32,000 nt of DNA from Nitrospinota bacterium (GTDB lineage Bacteria > Nitrospinota_A > UBA7883 > JACRGQ01). The translations under genes and the position numbers were made by a program. The stretch's first letter is position 1, and each line of letters opens with the position of its first letter. The stretch spans positions 22,230 to 54,229 of the forward strand of contig JAOUMJ010000020.1 of assembly GCA_029881495.1 (NCBI GenBank), given 5' to 3'. Shown piece by piece: positions 8,154 through 16,994 of the stretch. A model generated the notes under the pieces. It did no database searches, was not told the origin of the DNA, and worked only from the letters and a program-made list of their open reading frames with translations.

Positions 8154-11100
8154 CAGGGCAGAGGAGATAGTAGGGTTCGAAGGGGACACCTGCGTTCGCG
8201 CCTCGGCGGGGACGGGGAAGACCTTTATTCTCGTCGAGAAATTCATGCACATCCTGAAAGAGAAAACCGACGACAGTTATACGAAGATAGAAAATATCCT
8301 CGCGATAACCTTTACCGACAAAGCAGCGGAGGATATGCGGAAGAGGATAGGGGACAAAATATATGAAGAGGTGCGCGAGCTTGAAAAGCGGGAGAGAACA
8401 AAGGAAGAGGAAAAACTGCTAAGGCATCTTCGCACGGCAAGGAGGCTGTTGACGAAGGCGTACATCTCAACGATTCACTCCTTCTGCGCGAGGATATTAA
8501 GGGAGAATCCGCTGGAGGCAGGGATAGACCCGCAGTTTGAGATACTTGACGCGCAGAGGACTGGCGCGTTGCAGTCCAGATCGCTTGAACGTTTCCTTCT
8601 GGATAAACTGAGGAGAGGCGACAAGCCGGTTGCCGAACTTGCATACAGGTTCGGATTCGATTCGGATTTCGCGTTTGAGAGTTCGCTTTTCAGCCTCGTA
8701 TTGAGCCTCCTCCCTTTGATGAGAGCGGCGGGAGTAGATATTTTCTCCGAAAGGGCCTTGCTGTCCGAGTATTCGGAAAAGCTGGATGATGCTGAGAAAA
8801 TGCTTTCAGAACAAAAGAAGCAGTGTGCGTCCATTCTAAACGGGATGTCGGCTGAAATTTCAACCGAGAAACAGAAGGTGATAATGGAAATGCTTGTGAG
8901 TGGGATTTCCGCTCTTTCACCCTCAAGCGATATTGGGAATGAGGACACGCGGAAAAGCGTAAGCGGTATGAAATCTGCCATCAACCTGAATACCTTTAAA
9001 GGTAAAAAAGATGGCAATCTAAAGGCGCTGGCAACCGAGCTAAAAGAGACGCTGGAATTATATGAAATGACGGTTGTCTCTTCTCTCGCGCGTGAATCAG
9101 CCAGGCAGATAGCCGAGCTTGTCGGAGAGTTTTATCAGTACATGGAATCGTCCGTGAAGAACAGGGGCTTGCTTGATTTTGACGACTTGCAGGAGATGAC
9201 CCTCTGGCTTTTCAGGCGAAATGAAAGGATACTCGCGTATTACAGAAAAATGTTCCGCAATGTGCTGGTAGACGAGTTTCAGGATGTGAACGGTCTGCAG
9301 AAAATGATAGTGGAACAACTTGCCCCTCCCGGCGAAGGGAAACTTTTCGTGGTGGGGGACGTAAAGCAGGCGATATACGGATTTCGCGGGGGAGACCTTG
9401 AGGTGTTCGACGAAACCGAAAGAGCGATTGTAGAGAATGGCGGCGGGCTTTTCCGCCTGAATGTAAACAGGCGTTCAAATCCCGGTCTTGTGAAATTCGT
9501 GAACAGCTACTTCGGAAGATATGAGAAGAGCGTTTTCGACGCTGGTGATGAATGCGTATCTATGATGGATGAAACCGAAGTTTCGCCGGTGGAGTACTAT
9601 ACCTTCTCTGATGAAGAGAGCGCCGACAAGAGGCGGTTCAGCGAAGCAAATTTTATCGCGTCGCGAATAAACCGGCTGGTAGGTGAAAACAAGGCAAAGT
9701 TTTCCGACATGGCGATCCTTCTGCGAAAGTTTACCCCCCTCCCTATATACGAGGCCGCGCTTTCCCGGAATGGAGTGAGATACGCGGTACACAGGGGAAC
9801 AGGATTCTACAAGAGCCAGGAGGTGGCGGATCTTATTTCGATTCTCTCCTTCATTGATAATCCCGGCGACATAGTATCCTGGGTCGGCGCGGTGCGCTCC
9901 CCATACTGCGGATGTTCGGACAGGACCCTTTTCACGCTGAGGAGGGATGGTGAAGGAAAAACGGTCGAGCCGTACCGCCTCTTTTCAAGGGATGCCTATC
10001 TCCCCCCGCTTGATGAAGGGGAGGGGGAGAAATTCTCCGCCTTTGCGGAATGGGTCACTTTATTGATAAATCTGAAGGACAGGATGGCGGTATCGGAAAT
10101 AATCGAAACTGTTCTGGAAAAGAGCAGGATAACCGGCCTTCTTGGAGCGCAGAACGACGGTCTGCAAAAAGTTGCCAACGTGCTGAAGCTTATCGAAACC
10201 GCGAGGATGATGGAGCAGGAGCCGGGATTTACGCTGAAAAATTTCGTAAGGCACATCACGCGACTCTATGAACAGGAGGAGAGGGAATCCGAGGCAGTTG
10301 TCGTATCGGAAGAGGAGAATGCTGTAAAGATAATGACCGTGCATCAGAGCAAAGGGCTGGAATTCGGCATTGTATTCCTGCCGGACATTGGATCAAGCGG
10401 GAAGCGCGGAGGAGGATCGGCGATATTCCATAAGCGTAAAGGCTTGGCGGTAAAATATGTCGAGAAGGAAACCTTGTCATCCCATTCAGGGATCGTCTTT
10501 GAATCCACTAAGGAAGAGATAGAAGAAAAAGAGAAGAGCGACGCGAAGAGGCTTTTCTACGTCGGCTGTACCAGGGCGAAGGATATGCTGGTGCTTAGCG
10601 GATGCCCGGACCCGAAAAAGAAGAGGAGTGAAGCTTTGTCGGGCCTGGATGAATTGATGGAGCGCGAACCCTCCCTGTTCAATATCGTTTCCATACCCGT
10701 TGCAACTATGGAGGAGATAAGGGAACAGCGAACCCCATATGATGTATTGTCCGCCGGAGAAGAGCCGAAGAATACTGAATTGGGCAAAGGGGGCGAAGGG
10801 GTTGCGCCAATGGAACCCGCAGATGAAAGGAAAGAGGTCTTTGTCGATACAAGGAGCCTCGCCTCGTTCGCGAAATGTAAAAGGGAGTACATGCTTGGGA
10901 GATTGTACAGCGTGCCGGCAGAGAGGAGTTATCATGGCGGGCGCGGAGGGCGCAAGGGTGTTTACGAAGCGATGGAGATCGGCAACGCGATACACGCGAT
11001 TCTTGAAAAGCTCGATCTTGAGGTCCCGCAAGATGAAATGAGGACAGAAATTATCAAAATGGCGAAAAGGGAATTGCCTCTAGCATCAGAGGCGGAACTC

Positions 11101-11649
11101 CTGAAAGTTTCGCAAAAGCTGGAACGACTTTTTAAAACTCCGCTCTTTGAAAAAATTCGAAGCGGTGAAATGGAAGAAAAAGGGAGAGAGGTGCCGTTTA
11201 CTGCAAGATTCGGCAGGGATGGAGATGCATTTTTCCTCAAAGGGCAGGTCGATCTCCTGCTAAGGAGGGGCGAAACGGGGGTGATGATCGTCGATTACAA
11301 ATACGCTGTGAGGGGCGAAAGCGAGACGACTTATCGCTTTCAGGTGGAGGCGTACGCGGTTGCCGCGGAGCGCGTTCTCGGTGTCGAGGAGATCGTGTGC
11401 GCGATAGTCTATCTTGGCGGCGAAGAGCCGGAGTGTGTGGAATGGAAAATGGATACAGTGAAACTTCAAAAAGCTGAGGAGGCGATAACCGGTTCCATGA
11501 AAATGATTTCGGAGATGGAGAGGAGCCTTAGGGGAACTGAAGGGATACCCGACGCCGACTTTTCAAATATCCTTGGCGAGAGCGGAGCGGAAATAAAGTG
11601 TCCCGACGGAAACTGCGGCTATCATGCTGTCTGCTTCAGCGGTGAATAG
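8137..11649 (+). CDS. addA: AddA/RecB-type UvrD-family helicase with C-terminal PD-(D/E)XK nuclease
   Basis: SF1 helicase motifs: Walker A 'ASAGTGKTF', motif II 'VDEFQDVN', motif III 'VGDVKQAIYGFRGGD', 'TVHQSKGLEFGIVFL' and motif VI 'LFYVGCTRAKDMLVLS'. The C-terminal nuclease motif is 'GQVDLLL...VMIVDYKYA'. TTG start at 8137, 17-nt overlap with addB. Walker A lies only about 25 codons in, so the start is tightly constrained. Confidence 0.87.
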   Translation: MNLESSRAEEIVGFEGDTCVRASAGTGKTFILVEKFMHILKEKTDDSYTKIENILAITFTDKAAEDMRKRIGDKIYEEVRELEKRERTKEEEKLLRHLRTARRLLTKAYISTIHSFCARILRENPLEAGIDPQFEILDAQRTGALQSRSLERFLLDKLRRGDKPVAELAYRFGFDSDFAFESSLFSLVLSLLPLMRAAGVDIFSERALLSEYSEKLDDAEKMLSEQKKQCASILNGMSAEISTEKQKVIMEMLVSGISALSPSSDIGNEDTRKSVSGMKSAINLNTFKGKKDGNLKALATELKETLELYEMTVVSSLARESARQIAELVGEFYQYMESSVKNRGLLDFDDLQEMTLWLFRRNERILAYYRKMFRNVLVDEFQDVNGLQKMIVEQLAPPGEGKLFVVGDVKQAIYGFRGGDLEVFDETERAIVENGGGLFRLNVNRRSNPGLVKFVNSYFGRYEKSVFDAGDECVSMMDETEVSPVEYYTFSDEESADKRRFSEANFIASRINRLVGENKAKFSDMAILLRKFTPLPIYEAALSRNGVRYAVHRGTGFYKSQEVADLISILSFIDNPGDIVSWVGAVRSPYCGCSDRTLFTLRRDGEGKTVEPYRLFSRDAYLPPLDEGEGEKFSAFAEWVTLLINLKDRMAVSEIIETVLEKSRITGLLGAQNDGLQKVANVLKLIETARMMEQEPGFTLKNFVRHITRLYEQEERESEAVVVSEEENAVKIMTVHQSKGLEFGIVFLPDIGSSGKRGGGSAIFHKRKGLAVKYVEKETLSSHSGIVFESTKEEIEEKEKSDAKRLFYVGCTRAKDMLVLSGCPDPKKKRSEALSGLDELMEREPSLFNIVSIPVATMEEIREQRTPYDVLSAGEEPKNTELGKGGEGVAPMEPADERKEVFVDTRSLASFAKCKREYMLGRLYSVPAERSYHGGRGGRKGVYEAMEIGNAIHAILEKLDLEVPQDEMRTEIIKMAKRELPLASEAELLKVSQKLERLFKTPLFEKIRSGEMEEKGREVPFTARFGRDGDAFFLKGQVDLLLRRGETGVMIVDYKYAVRGESETTYRFQVEAYAVAAERVLGVEEIVCAIVYLGGEEPECVEWKMDTVKLQKAEEAITGSMKMISEMERSLRGTEGIPDADFSNILGESGAEIKCPDGNCGYHAVCFSGE

Positions 11650-11694
11650 GGAAGAGCGTGTTTCATTCCTGCCGCGCAATGCGATAGGGTTAAG

Positions 11695-13614
11695 CTACTG
11701 GATATTGTGATGCTTTCCTTCGTGTTCGATGATGGAGATGCTCTTTGGGCTTTTCAGAAGCTCAATTGATCTCTTGCAGATCCCTTCGGGATGGAGGGCG
11801 TATTTTTTTCTGGCGCTTTCCTGCGTGGAGTGAGGAACAAAAAGATCGGGAATCCCGATAGAGGCGCCGGCGATCGAGCCGAGCCCTTTGGCGCGCAGCT
11901 CTTCAAAAACGCCGGATCCAAACCCGCCGATGAGTGAGTTCTCTTCTACCGTTATGATATTGCCGCAGTGCTTGGCCCATTTTGAGATCATCTCCATGTC
12001 GAGAGGTTTTGCGAACCTGGCGTTTATTACCGCCGCGGAAATATTTTCCTTTTCAAGAAGCGCGGCAGCTTTTACGGCATTCACGACGGCATTTCCTATG
12101 GCGCAGATCACGATATCGTCTCCCTCATGGATCAGCTCGGCCTTTCCAATATCGATTAACCTGTATTCCTGCTCCAGCGGGATCCCTTCCACATTGCCGC
12201 GTGGATACCTTATAGAAGCCGGGCCGTTATGGTTAGCGGCGGTGTACATCATGTGGCGAAGCTCGTTTTCATCTTTGGGCGCCATCAAGGTCATGTTCGG
12301 TGTTTCGCGAAGAAAGCTGATATCGAAAATGCCCTGATGCGTGGAGCCGTCGTCACCTACGATTCCCGCCCTGTCGATGGCAAAGGTCACGGGCAAATTC
12401 ATGTTACAGACGTCGTGGATCACCTGGTCAAAAGCGCGCTGAAGGAAAGTCGAGTATATGGCGACGACCGGTTTGAAACCGTCGGCGGCCAGCGCGGCGG
12501 CAAACGTGACCGCGTGCTGTTCGGAAATGCCGACGTCGAAAAACCTGTTGGGGAATTTTTCGGAAAATTCCACAAGGCCGGTTCCGTCTCGCATCGCGGC
12601 GGTGATGGCAACTATTTTTTCATCATGCTCGGCAAGATCCACAATAGTTTTTCCGAAAATTGAAGTGTATGTAGGCCTGCTTTTGGATTTTTTCTTTCCT
12701 GTGGCGATATCGAACGGCGAGGTTCCGTGGAACGGTCCGGGGTCGGCCTGCGCGGGTGCATAGCCAAGCCCCTTCCTGGTAATGACATGTATGATGCGCG
12801 GGCCTGAAAGTTTCCTTATTGCCCTAAAGGAATCTATGAGGGTTTCAAGATTGTGCCCCTCTATGGGGCCGAAATACTTGAAGCCGAAATCTTCAAATAT
12901 CCTTCCGGGAACAATAATACCTTTTACTGCCTCCTCCACTCTGTGCGCGAAGGTGGCCACCTGTTTACCGATACCGGGTATGAGAGAGAGTATGTGATCC
13001 ACCTCTTTTTTCATTTTGTTGTATGTCTCGCCGCTTATGATCTTGTTCAGATGTGCAGAAAGGGCGCCGACATTCTCGGAGATAGACATCTCATTGTCGT
13101 TGAGTATCACCATCAGGTTCTTTCCAAGCGCGCCTGCGTTGTTAAGCCCTTCAAAGGATAGTCCCGATGTCATCGAACCATCCCCTATGACGGCGAGTAC
13201 GTCATGCTTTTCCCCTCTCATGTCGCGCGCCGCGGCGAACCCGAGAGCGGCGGAGATGGATGTCCCCGCGTGACCGGTATCGAAGTGGTCGGACGGGCTC
13301 TCTTCCCTTCTTGGAAACCCGGAGAGACCACCTTCTTTTCGAAGTGTGTCGAACCTGTCGAGGCGCCCTGTCAGCAGTTTATGGCTGTAGCACTGGTGCC
13401 CCACGTCCCAAATGAGCTTGTCTTTTGTAAAGTCGAAAACGGCATGCAAGGCGACAGTAAGCTCCACAACGCCGAGGTTTGGCGAAAGGTGTCCCCCGTT
13501 TTCCGAGACGGTTTGAATGATCTTTTCACGAAGTTCCTGCGAGAGCTCTTTCAGTTCGCTCAGGGATAGACCCGCAATGTCGTCGTGTGTTTTGATATTA
13601 GGGAGGTGTTTCAT
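11695..13614 (-). CDS. dxs: 1-deoxy-D-xylulose-5-phosphate synthase
   Basis: 639 aa. DXS hallmarks include 'GGHLSPNLGVVELTVALH', 'DVGHQCYSHKLLTGR', the ThDP-binding 'GDGSMTSGLSFEGLNNAG...LNDNEMSIS' and 'DRAGIVGDDGSTHQG'. It is the last gene of the conserved xseB-ispA-dxs unit. Confidence 0.97.
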   Translation of the reverse strand: MKHLPNIKTHDDIAGLSLSELKELSQELREKIIQTVSENGGHLSPNLGVVELTVALHAVFDFTKDKLIWDVGHQCYSHKLLTGRLDRFDTLRKEGGLSGFPRREESPSDHFDTGHAGTSISAALGFAAARDMRGEKHDVLAVIGDGSMTSGLSFEGLNNAGALGKNLMVILNDNEMSISENVGALSAHLNKIISGETYNKMKKEVDHILSLIPGIGKQVATFAHRVEEAVKGIIVPGRIFEDFGFKYFGPIEGHNLETLIDSFRAIRKLSGPRIIHVITRKGLGYAPAQADPGPFHGTSPFDIATGKKKSKSRPTYTSIFGKTIVDLAEHDEKIVAITAAMRDGTGLVEFSEKFPNRFFDVGISEQHAVTFAAALAADGFKPVVAIYSTFLQRAFDQVIHDVCNMNLPVTFAIDRAGIVGDDGSTHQGIFDISFLRETPNMTLMAPKDENELRHMMYTAANHNGPASIRYPRGNVEGIPLEQEYRLIDIGKAELIHEGDDIVICAIGNAVVNAVKAAALLEKENISAAVINARFAKPLDMEMISKWAKHCGNIITVEENSLIGGFGSGVFEELRAKGLGSIAGASIGIPDLFVPHSTQESARKKYALHPEGICKRSIELLKSPKSISIIEHEGKHHNIQ

Positions 13615-14501
13615 CAGTGCGTCCTGCTCCCGATGAAGAGCGCAAGCTCTTCAAGCGGTTTTATGTTCCCCTTGAGATCCTTTAGAGCCGCTATCGCGTT
13701 AATGATCTTTTCCGAAGCAAGCTCGCGGGACCTGTCGAGTCCAAGAAGGGAAGGATATGTCATCTTGCTCCTTGCGTCGTCGCTTCCGGCGGATTTTCCG
13801 AGTTCTTCCGTATTCCCTGTTACGTCGAGTATATCGTCGACTATCTGGAAGGCGTGGCCGATATTCTCGCCGTACTTCGCGAGCGAAGCCAATTCGCGGT
13901 CGTTCGCGTTTCCTATCAGTCCGCCCGCCTTTACCGCGGCAATTATCATCGCCCCGGTTTTACGGGTATGGATGTATTCGAGCGTCTCCATATCACCCTT
14001 TTTCCCTTCCGATTCGATGTCTACCTCCTGGCCGCCGACGGTACCCTGCGCGCCGACTGCTTGGCCGACTATCCCTATTATTCTAATCATTATATCCGAA
14101 GGGATTCCAGAGCCGTTGGGAGGGGATTCGGACAGTATTTCAAACGCGAGCGTTAGGAGGGCGTCCCCCGCCAGGATAGCAGTGGCCTCGCCGAATTTTA
14201 TGTGATTTGTTGGGAGCCCCCGCCTGAGATCGTCGTTGTCCATCGCGGGGAGGTCGTCATGGATAAGTGTGTATGTGTGGATCAGCTCTAAGGCAGCCGC
14301 TGTCGGCAAGGCGTTCTTCCTGTTTCCGCCGACAGCTTCTGTCCCGGCGACCACCAGGCATGGGCGCAGCCTTTTCCCCCCGGCAAAAACGGAGTAGGAC
14401 ATCGACTCAAAAAGCTTTTTCGGGATGTCTTGACGGACATTGAAAATGCGCTTTAGTTCCGATTCTATCTCTTTTCGGATTTCTTTAAAATGGGAGTTCA
14501 T
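13614..14501 (-). CDS. ispA: (2E,6E)-farnesyl/geranylgeranyl diphosphate synthase (polyprenyl synthetase)
   Basis: First Asp-rich motif '[17 protein letters not shown]' and second 'FQIVDDILD'. The stop overlaps the dxs start by 1 nt (TGATG). Confidence 0.93.
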   Translation of the reverse strand: MNSHFKEIRKEIESELKRIFNVRQDIPKKLFESMSYSVFAGGKRLRPCLVVAGTEAVGGNRKNALPTAAALELIHTYTLIHDDLPAMDNDDLRRGLPTNHIKFGEATAILAGDALLTLAFEILSESPPNGSGIPSDIMIRIIGIVGQAVGAQGTVGGQEVDIESEGKKGDMETLEYIHTRKTGAMIIAAVKAGGLIGNANDRELASLAKYGENIGHAFQIVDDILDVTGNTEELGKSAGSDDARSKMTYPSLLGLDRSRELASEKIINAIAALKDLKGNIKPLEELALFIGSRTH

Positions 14502-14745
14502 CCTGCTCCGATGTGGAGTCCGTTTCCATCTGTTGCGTGGAAAGATTTCCTTTCTGATCCTTTATGAGTTTTTCGATCTTTTTTTCGGCGCCGGAAAGCT
14601 GGCTCTGGCAAACCTGCGCCATCTGGATACCTTCCTCGAACATTTTCAGGGATTTCTCAAGTTCCAGTTCTCCCCCCTCAAGCTGAGAAACAATCTCTTC
14701 CAGCTTTTGAAGGGCTTTTTCGAATTTTACCGTTTCCCCTGCCAT
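14485..14745 (-). CDS. xseB: exodeoxyribonuclease VII small subunit
   Basis: '[43 protein letters not shown]' is the typical XseB helical hairpin. I chose the ATG at 14745 ([12 protein letters not shown]) rather than the TTG at 14796. It overlaps ispA by 17 nt. Confidence 0.85.
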   Translation of the reverse strand: MAGETVKFEKALQKLEEIVSQLEGGELELEKSLKMFEEGIQMAQVCQSQLSGAEKKIEKLIKDQKGNLSTQQMETDSTSEQDELPF

Positions 14746-14751
14746 GCGCGT

Positions 14752-14780
14752 ATTATATCCCTTTCGCCGGGAATTGGAAA
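14752..14780 (-). promoter_or_regulatory. putative sigma70 promoter (TTTCCA-N17-TATAAT) placed for a leaderless or near-leaderless xseB transcript
   Basis: On the minus strand there is a perfect TATAAT (plus-strand 14752-14757) exactly 6 nt upstream of the xseB ATG. A -35-like TTTCCA (14775-14780) sits 17 nt further upstream. No Shine-Dalgarno sequence lies between them. Confidence 0.4.
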
Positions 14781-14851
14781 TGTCGTAAAGGGGCAAATAG
14801 ATGTATTTTCAGCCGCTTTTCAGGGTATGTTCCGTTAATCGGTGACTGCGA

Positions 14852-16987
14852 TCAGTAGCGGATCTCGGTCGGGTCGGAAGGGGCGGCCTTCTGCTGAGGG
14901 GTCTTGTCGAGGTCTTCCATGGAGAAGGCCCCGCTCTTGAGGAATCCGCGCACCCTTGTAACAACCGCGATCTTTGCCTGATCGACTTCCGCGACCGTAG
15001 CGTCCTTGGCAACGATCTTGTATTCGTCGCGCACTATCCTTCTTGCGTCCTCGTTGAGTGCCGAAAGTATCGCCGTCTGCACGTTCTTGTCGGACTGTAC
15101 AAGGGATTTGGCGATGGTGCTTCTCTCGAGATCCCTGATGGAATCCTTCAGCACGTTTCTCGGCACCTTCGGAATGTCGGTGAACGTGAAGTAGACCTTC
15201 TTTATCAGGTGGTATGTCTCCGGGTCCTCGGACTTGAGATGTTCGAGGAGCGTTGTCTGCGACGACATATCCATGAAGTCCATCATGCTGACCATGATGC
15301 CGACGCCATCGGCGGTAATGTTTTCAAGGCTTGGCACATCAATCGCCCGTCTGGCGATCCTCTGCGCAACCGGCTGGAAGGCGTTTATAGGTATGCTCTC
15401 GAATTTCGCCAGCTCGTACGCAATTGACGCCTGCTCTTCTATCGGAAGGTTTTTCAAAACCCCGGCCATCCTTTCCGGTGAAAGTTGCGAGAGAATGAGA
15501 GCCTTGACCTTTATCTCCTCCTCCTTGACGAGATAGGTTATTTGCGCTTCATCCAGATCGTTTAGGAAGCTGAACGGTTTTACTTTCTGCTTTTTGGCTC
15601 CGTGATCTTCCATCAGTATCTTTCTCATGGTGTCGTCGTGGAACCTCTCAAGGTACTGAACGGTTTCTTCCTCGCCGATCTCCTCTTCCTTCATGACGGT
15701 TTCTATCTCTATCAGCCTATCTACCGACAGCTCGCTGAAGATGCTCTTGCCGAGGTTGAAGCCGAGCACAGAGAAGAGGATGGCGGCCTTTTTCACGCCC
15801 TCACTGCTCTCAAGCTCTTCCTTTATCCTGCTGTTAAGGAGCCTCGGTTTGCCTACACCGAGGCTGACGATCTCCTGCTTGTACTGCTCTTTTTTCATCT
15901 GGAGCTTCAGGAGTTTTTTCTCCTCATCGATGAGCCCTCTCCTTTTCTCGGCTTCGCTTAGGGATTCTGATTTCTCCCTGGCTATTCTCTGCGCTTCGGC
16001 CATCTTTTCCTTTCTGAGTTTTCGCGCGGCGGACCAATTACGAAAAAAAATTCCGAATATGGTTACAAGCATCAGCAGAAGCATTATGCCAAGGAGCGCT
16101 ATGGCAAGATTTTCCCATTTCCTGTCGTCCATTGGAACTTTCTCTGCCGGGAAATCTATCTTTATGACTTCAAAGCCGTCCCCTCTGGTGACGTCCATGT
16201 CGAGCTTTTTGTAAACGAGGTTCTTAATGAATGATTCCTGCTCGCTCGTAATATTCCTGTCGACCATGAAGGTAACGAATATCTTCCTGATTATTTTTTC
16301 AATCTCCTGCTTCGTCTCCCGGACTGGAGGCGACTGAACCGGCATCGGCAAAACAGGCTGCTGTTGCTGAACAATCGTCGCGGCAGGCGGGATGAATGTC
16401 TCATCGGTAGTTACCGTCCTTTTCTGTCCCGGCGCTCTTCCTGTATCGTCTTCCATATCTTCATCGCCGAAGTCCGATCCGAGATCCGAAAAGGGGAGGC
16501 CCGGAAGTGTTTCGCCAAAATCGTCGCCTGACGCAAAGTCTCCTGAATCCTCCCTTGTCACTCTCCGTTTGATGAACCTGTTTTGCTGGAACTGCTGTTC
16601 CGGTGTGAGAACAGGCTGGAACTGGGTGACTGAAGTCTGCGGAGCCAAAGGCTGTTGCTGTATCTGCGATTGTTCCTGCGCAAGCGGCTGGGCTACCGGC
16701 TCCGGAGCCTTAGGAGCGATCGTCTCGGTTTTTGAGTCGAATATTTCAGCGTCGACCCTCAGGATGAAACGGGAATGACCAAGGTATGACGATATATCCC
16801 GGCTTAATCTCTCCTCGACCCGTTTTTCAAAAACAATTCCGCCGAGTTTGTCTTCTTCGAGTGTGGTTTTTACTTCATCCTGGGCCAGGGTGATTCCGGT
16901 CGAGGTGAGAAAGAATACAAGCGCACTGAAGAGGAAGAGCCCCCTTCCGTTCACCCATCTATTTTTCATAATCGTCATATTTTCCAT
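14852..16987 (-). CDS. membrane-anchored FliF/EscJ-like periplasmic module fused to a FliG-like (N/M/C) cytoplasmic domain
   Basis: 711 aa.
- aa 15-35: hydrophobic signal/anchor.
- aa 51-87: 'FEKRVEERLSRDISSYLGHSRFILRVDAEIF', resembling the FliF/PrgK/EscJ ring-building motif ('LEGELxRTIxxLxxVxxARVHLxxP').
- aa 88-225: Q/P/D/E-rich low complexity.
- aa 226-280: 'IFVTFMVDRNITSEQESFIKNLVYKKLDMDVTRGDGFEVIKIDF', resembling the second half of that motif.
- aa 293-315: TM helix.
- aa 316-390: K/E coiled coil.
- aa 395-690: FliG-like, with 'AAILFSVLGFNLGKSIFSELS', 'ALILSQLSPERMAGVLKNLPIEEQASIAYELAKFESI' and the torque-helix-like 'LSALNEDARRIVRDEYKIVAKDATVAEVDQAKIAVVTRVRGFLKSGAF'. Confidence 0.7.
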   Translation of the reverse strand: MENMTIMKNRWVNGRGLFLFSALVFFLTSTGITLAQDEVKTTLEEDKLGGIVFEKRVEERLSRDISSYLGHSRFILRVDAEIFDSKTETIAPKAPEPVAQPLAQEQSQIQQQPLAPQTSVTQFQPVLTPEQQFQQNRFIKRRVTREDSGDFASGDDFGETLPGLPFSDLGSDFGDEDMEDDTGRAPGQKRTVTTDETFIPPAATIVQQQQPVLPMPVQSPPVRETKQEIEKIIRKIFVTFMVDRNITSEQESFIKNLVYKKLDMDVTRGDGFEVIKIDFPAEKVPMDDRKWENLAIALLGIMLLLMLVTIFGIFFRNWSAARKLRKEKMAEAQRIAREKSESLSEAEKRRGLIDEEKKLLKLQMKKEQYKQEIVSLGVGKPRLLNSRIKEELESSEGVKKAAILFSVLGFNLGKSIFSELSVDRLIEIETVMKEEEIGEEETVQYLERFHDDTMRKILMEDHGAKKQKVKPFSFLNDLDEAQITYLVKEEEIKVKALILSQLSPERMAGVLKNLPIEEQASIAYELAKFESIPINAFQPVAQRIARRAIDVPSLENITADGVGIMVSMMDFMDMSSQTTLLEHLKSEDPETYHLIKKVYFTFTDIPKVPRNVLKDSIRDLERSTIAKSLVQSDKNVQTAILSALNEDARRIVRDEYKIVAKDATVAEVDQAKIAVVTRVRGFLKSGAFSMEDLDKTPQQKAAPSDPTEIRY

Positions 16988-16994
16988 TTTACCA

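Noticed and set aside
14746-14796. Longer xseB starting at the TTG at 14796 (103 aa).
   Set aside because: The extra 17 aa ('[17 protein letters not shown]') precede the conserved XseB N-terminus, and they would be encoded by the sequence that forms a perfect TATAAT promoter element. The ATG at 14745 gives a typical ~86-aa XseB.
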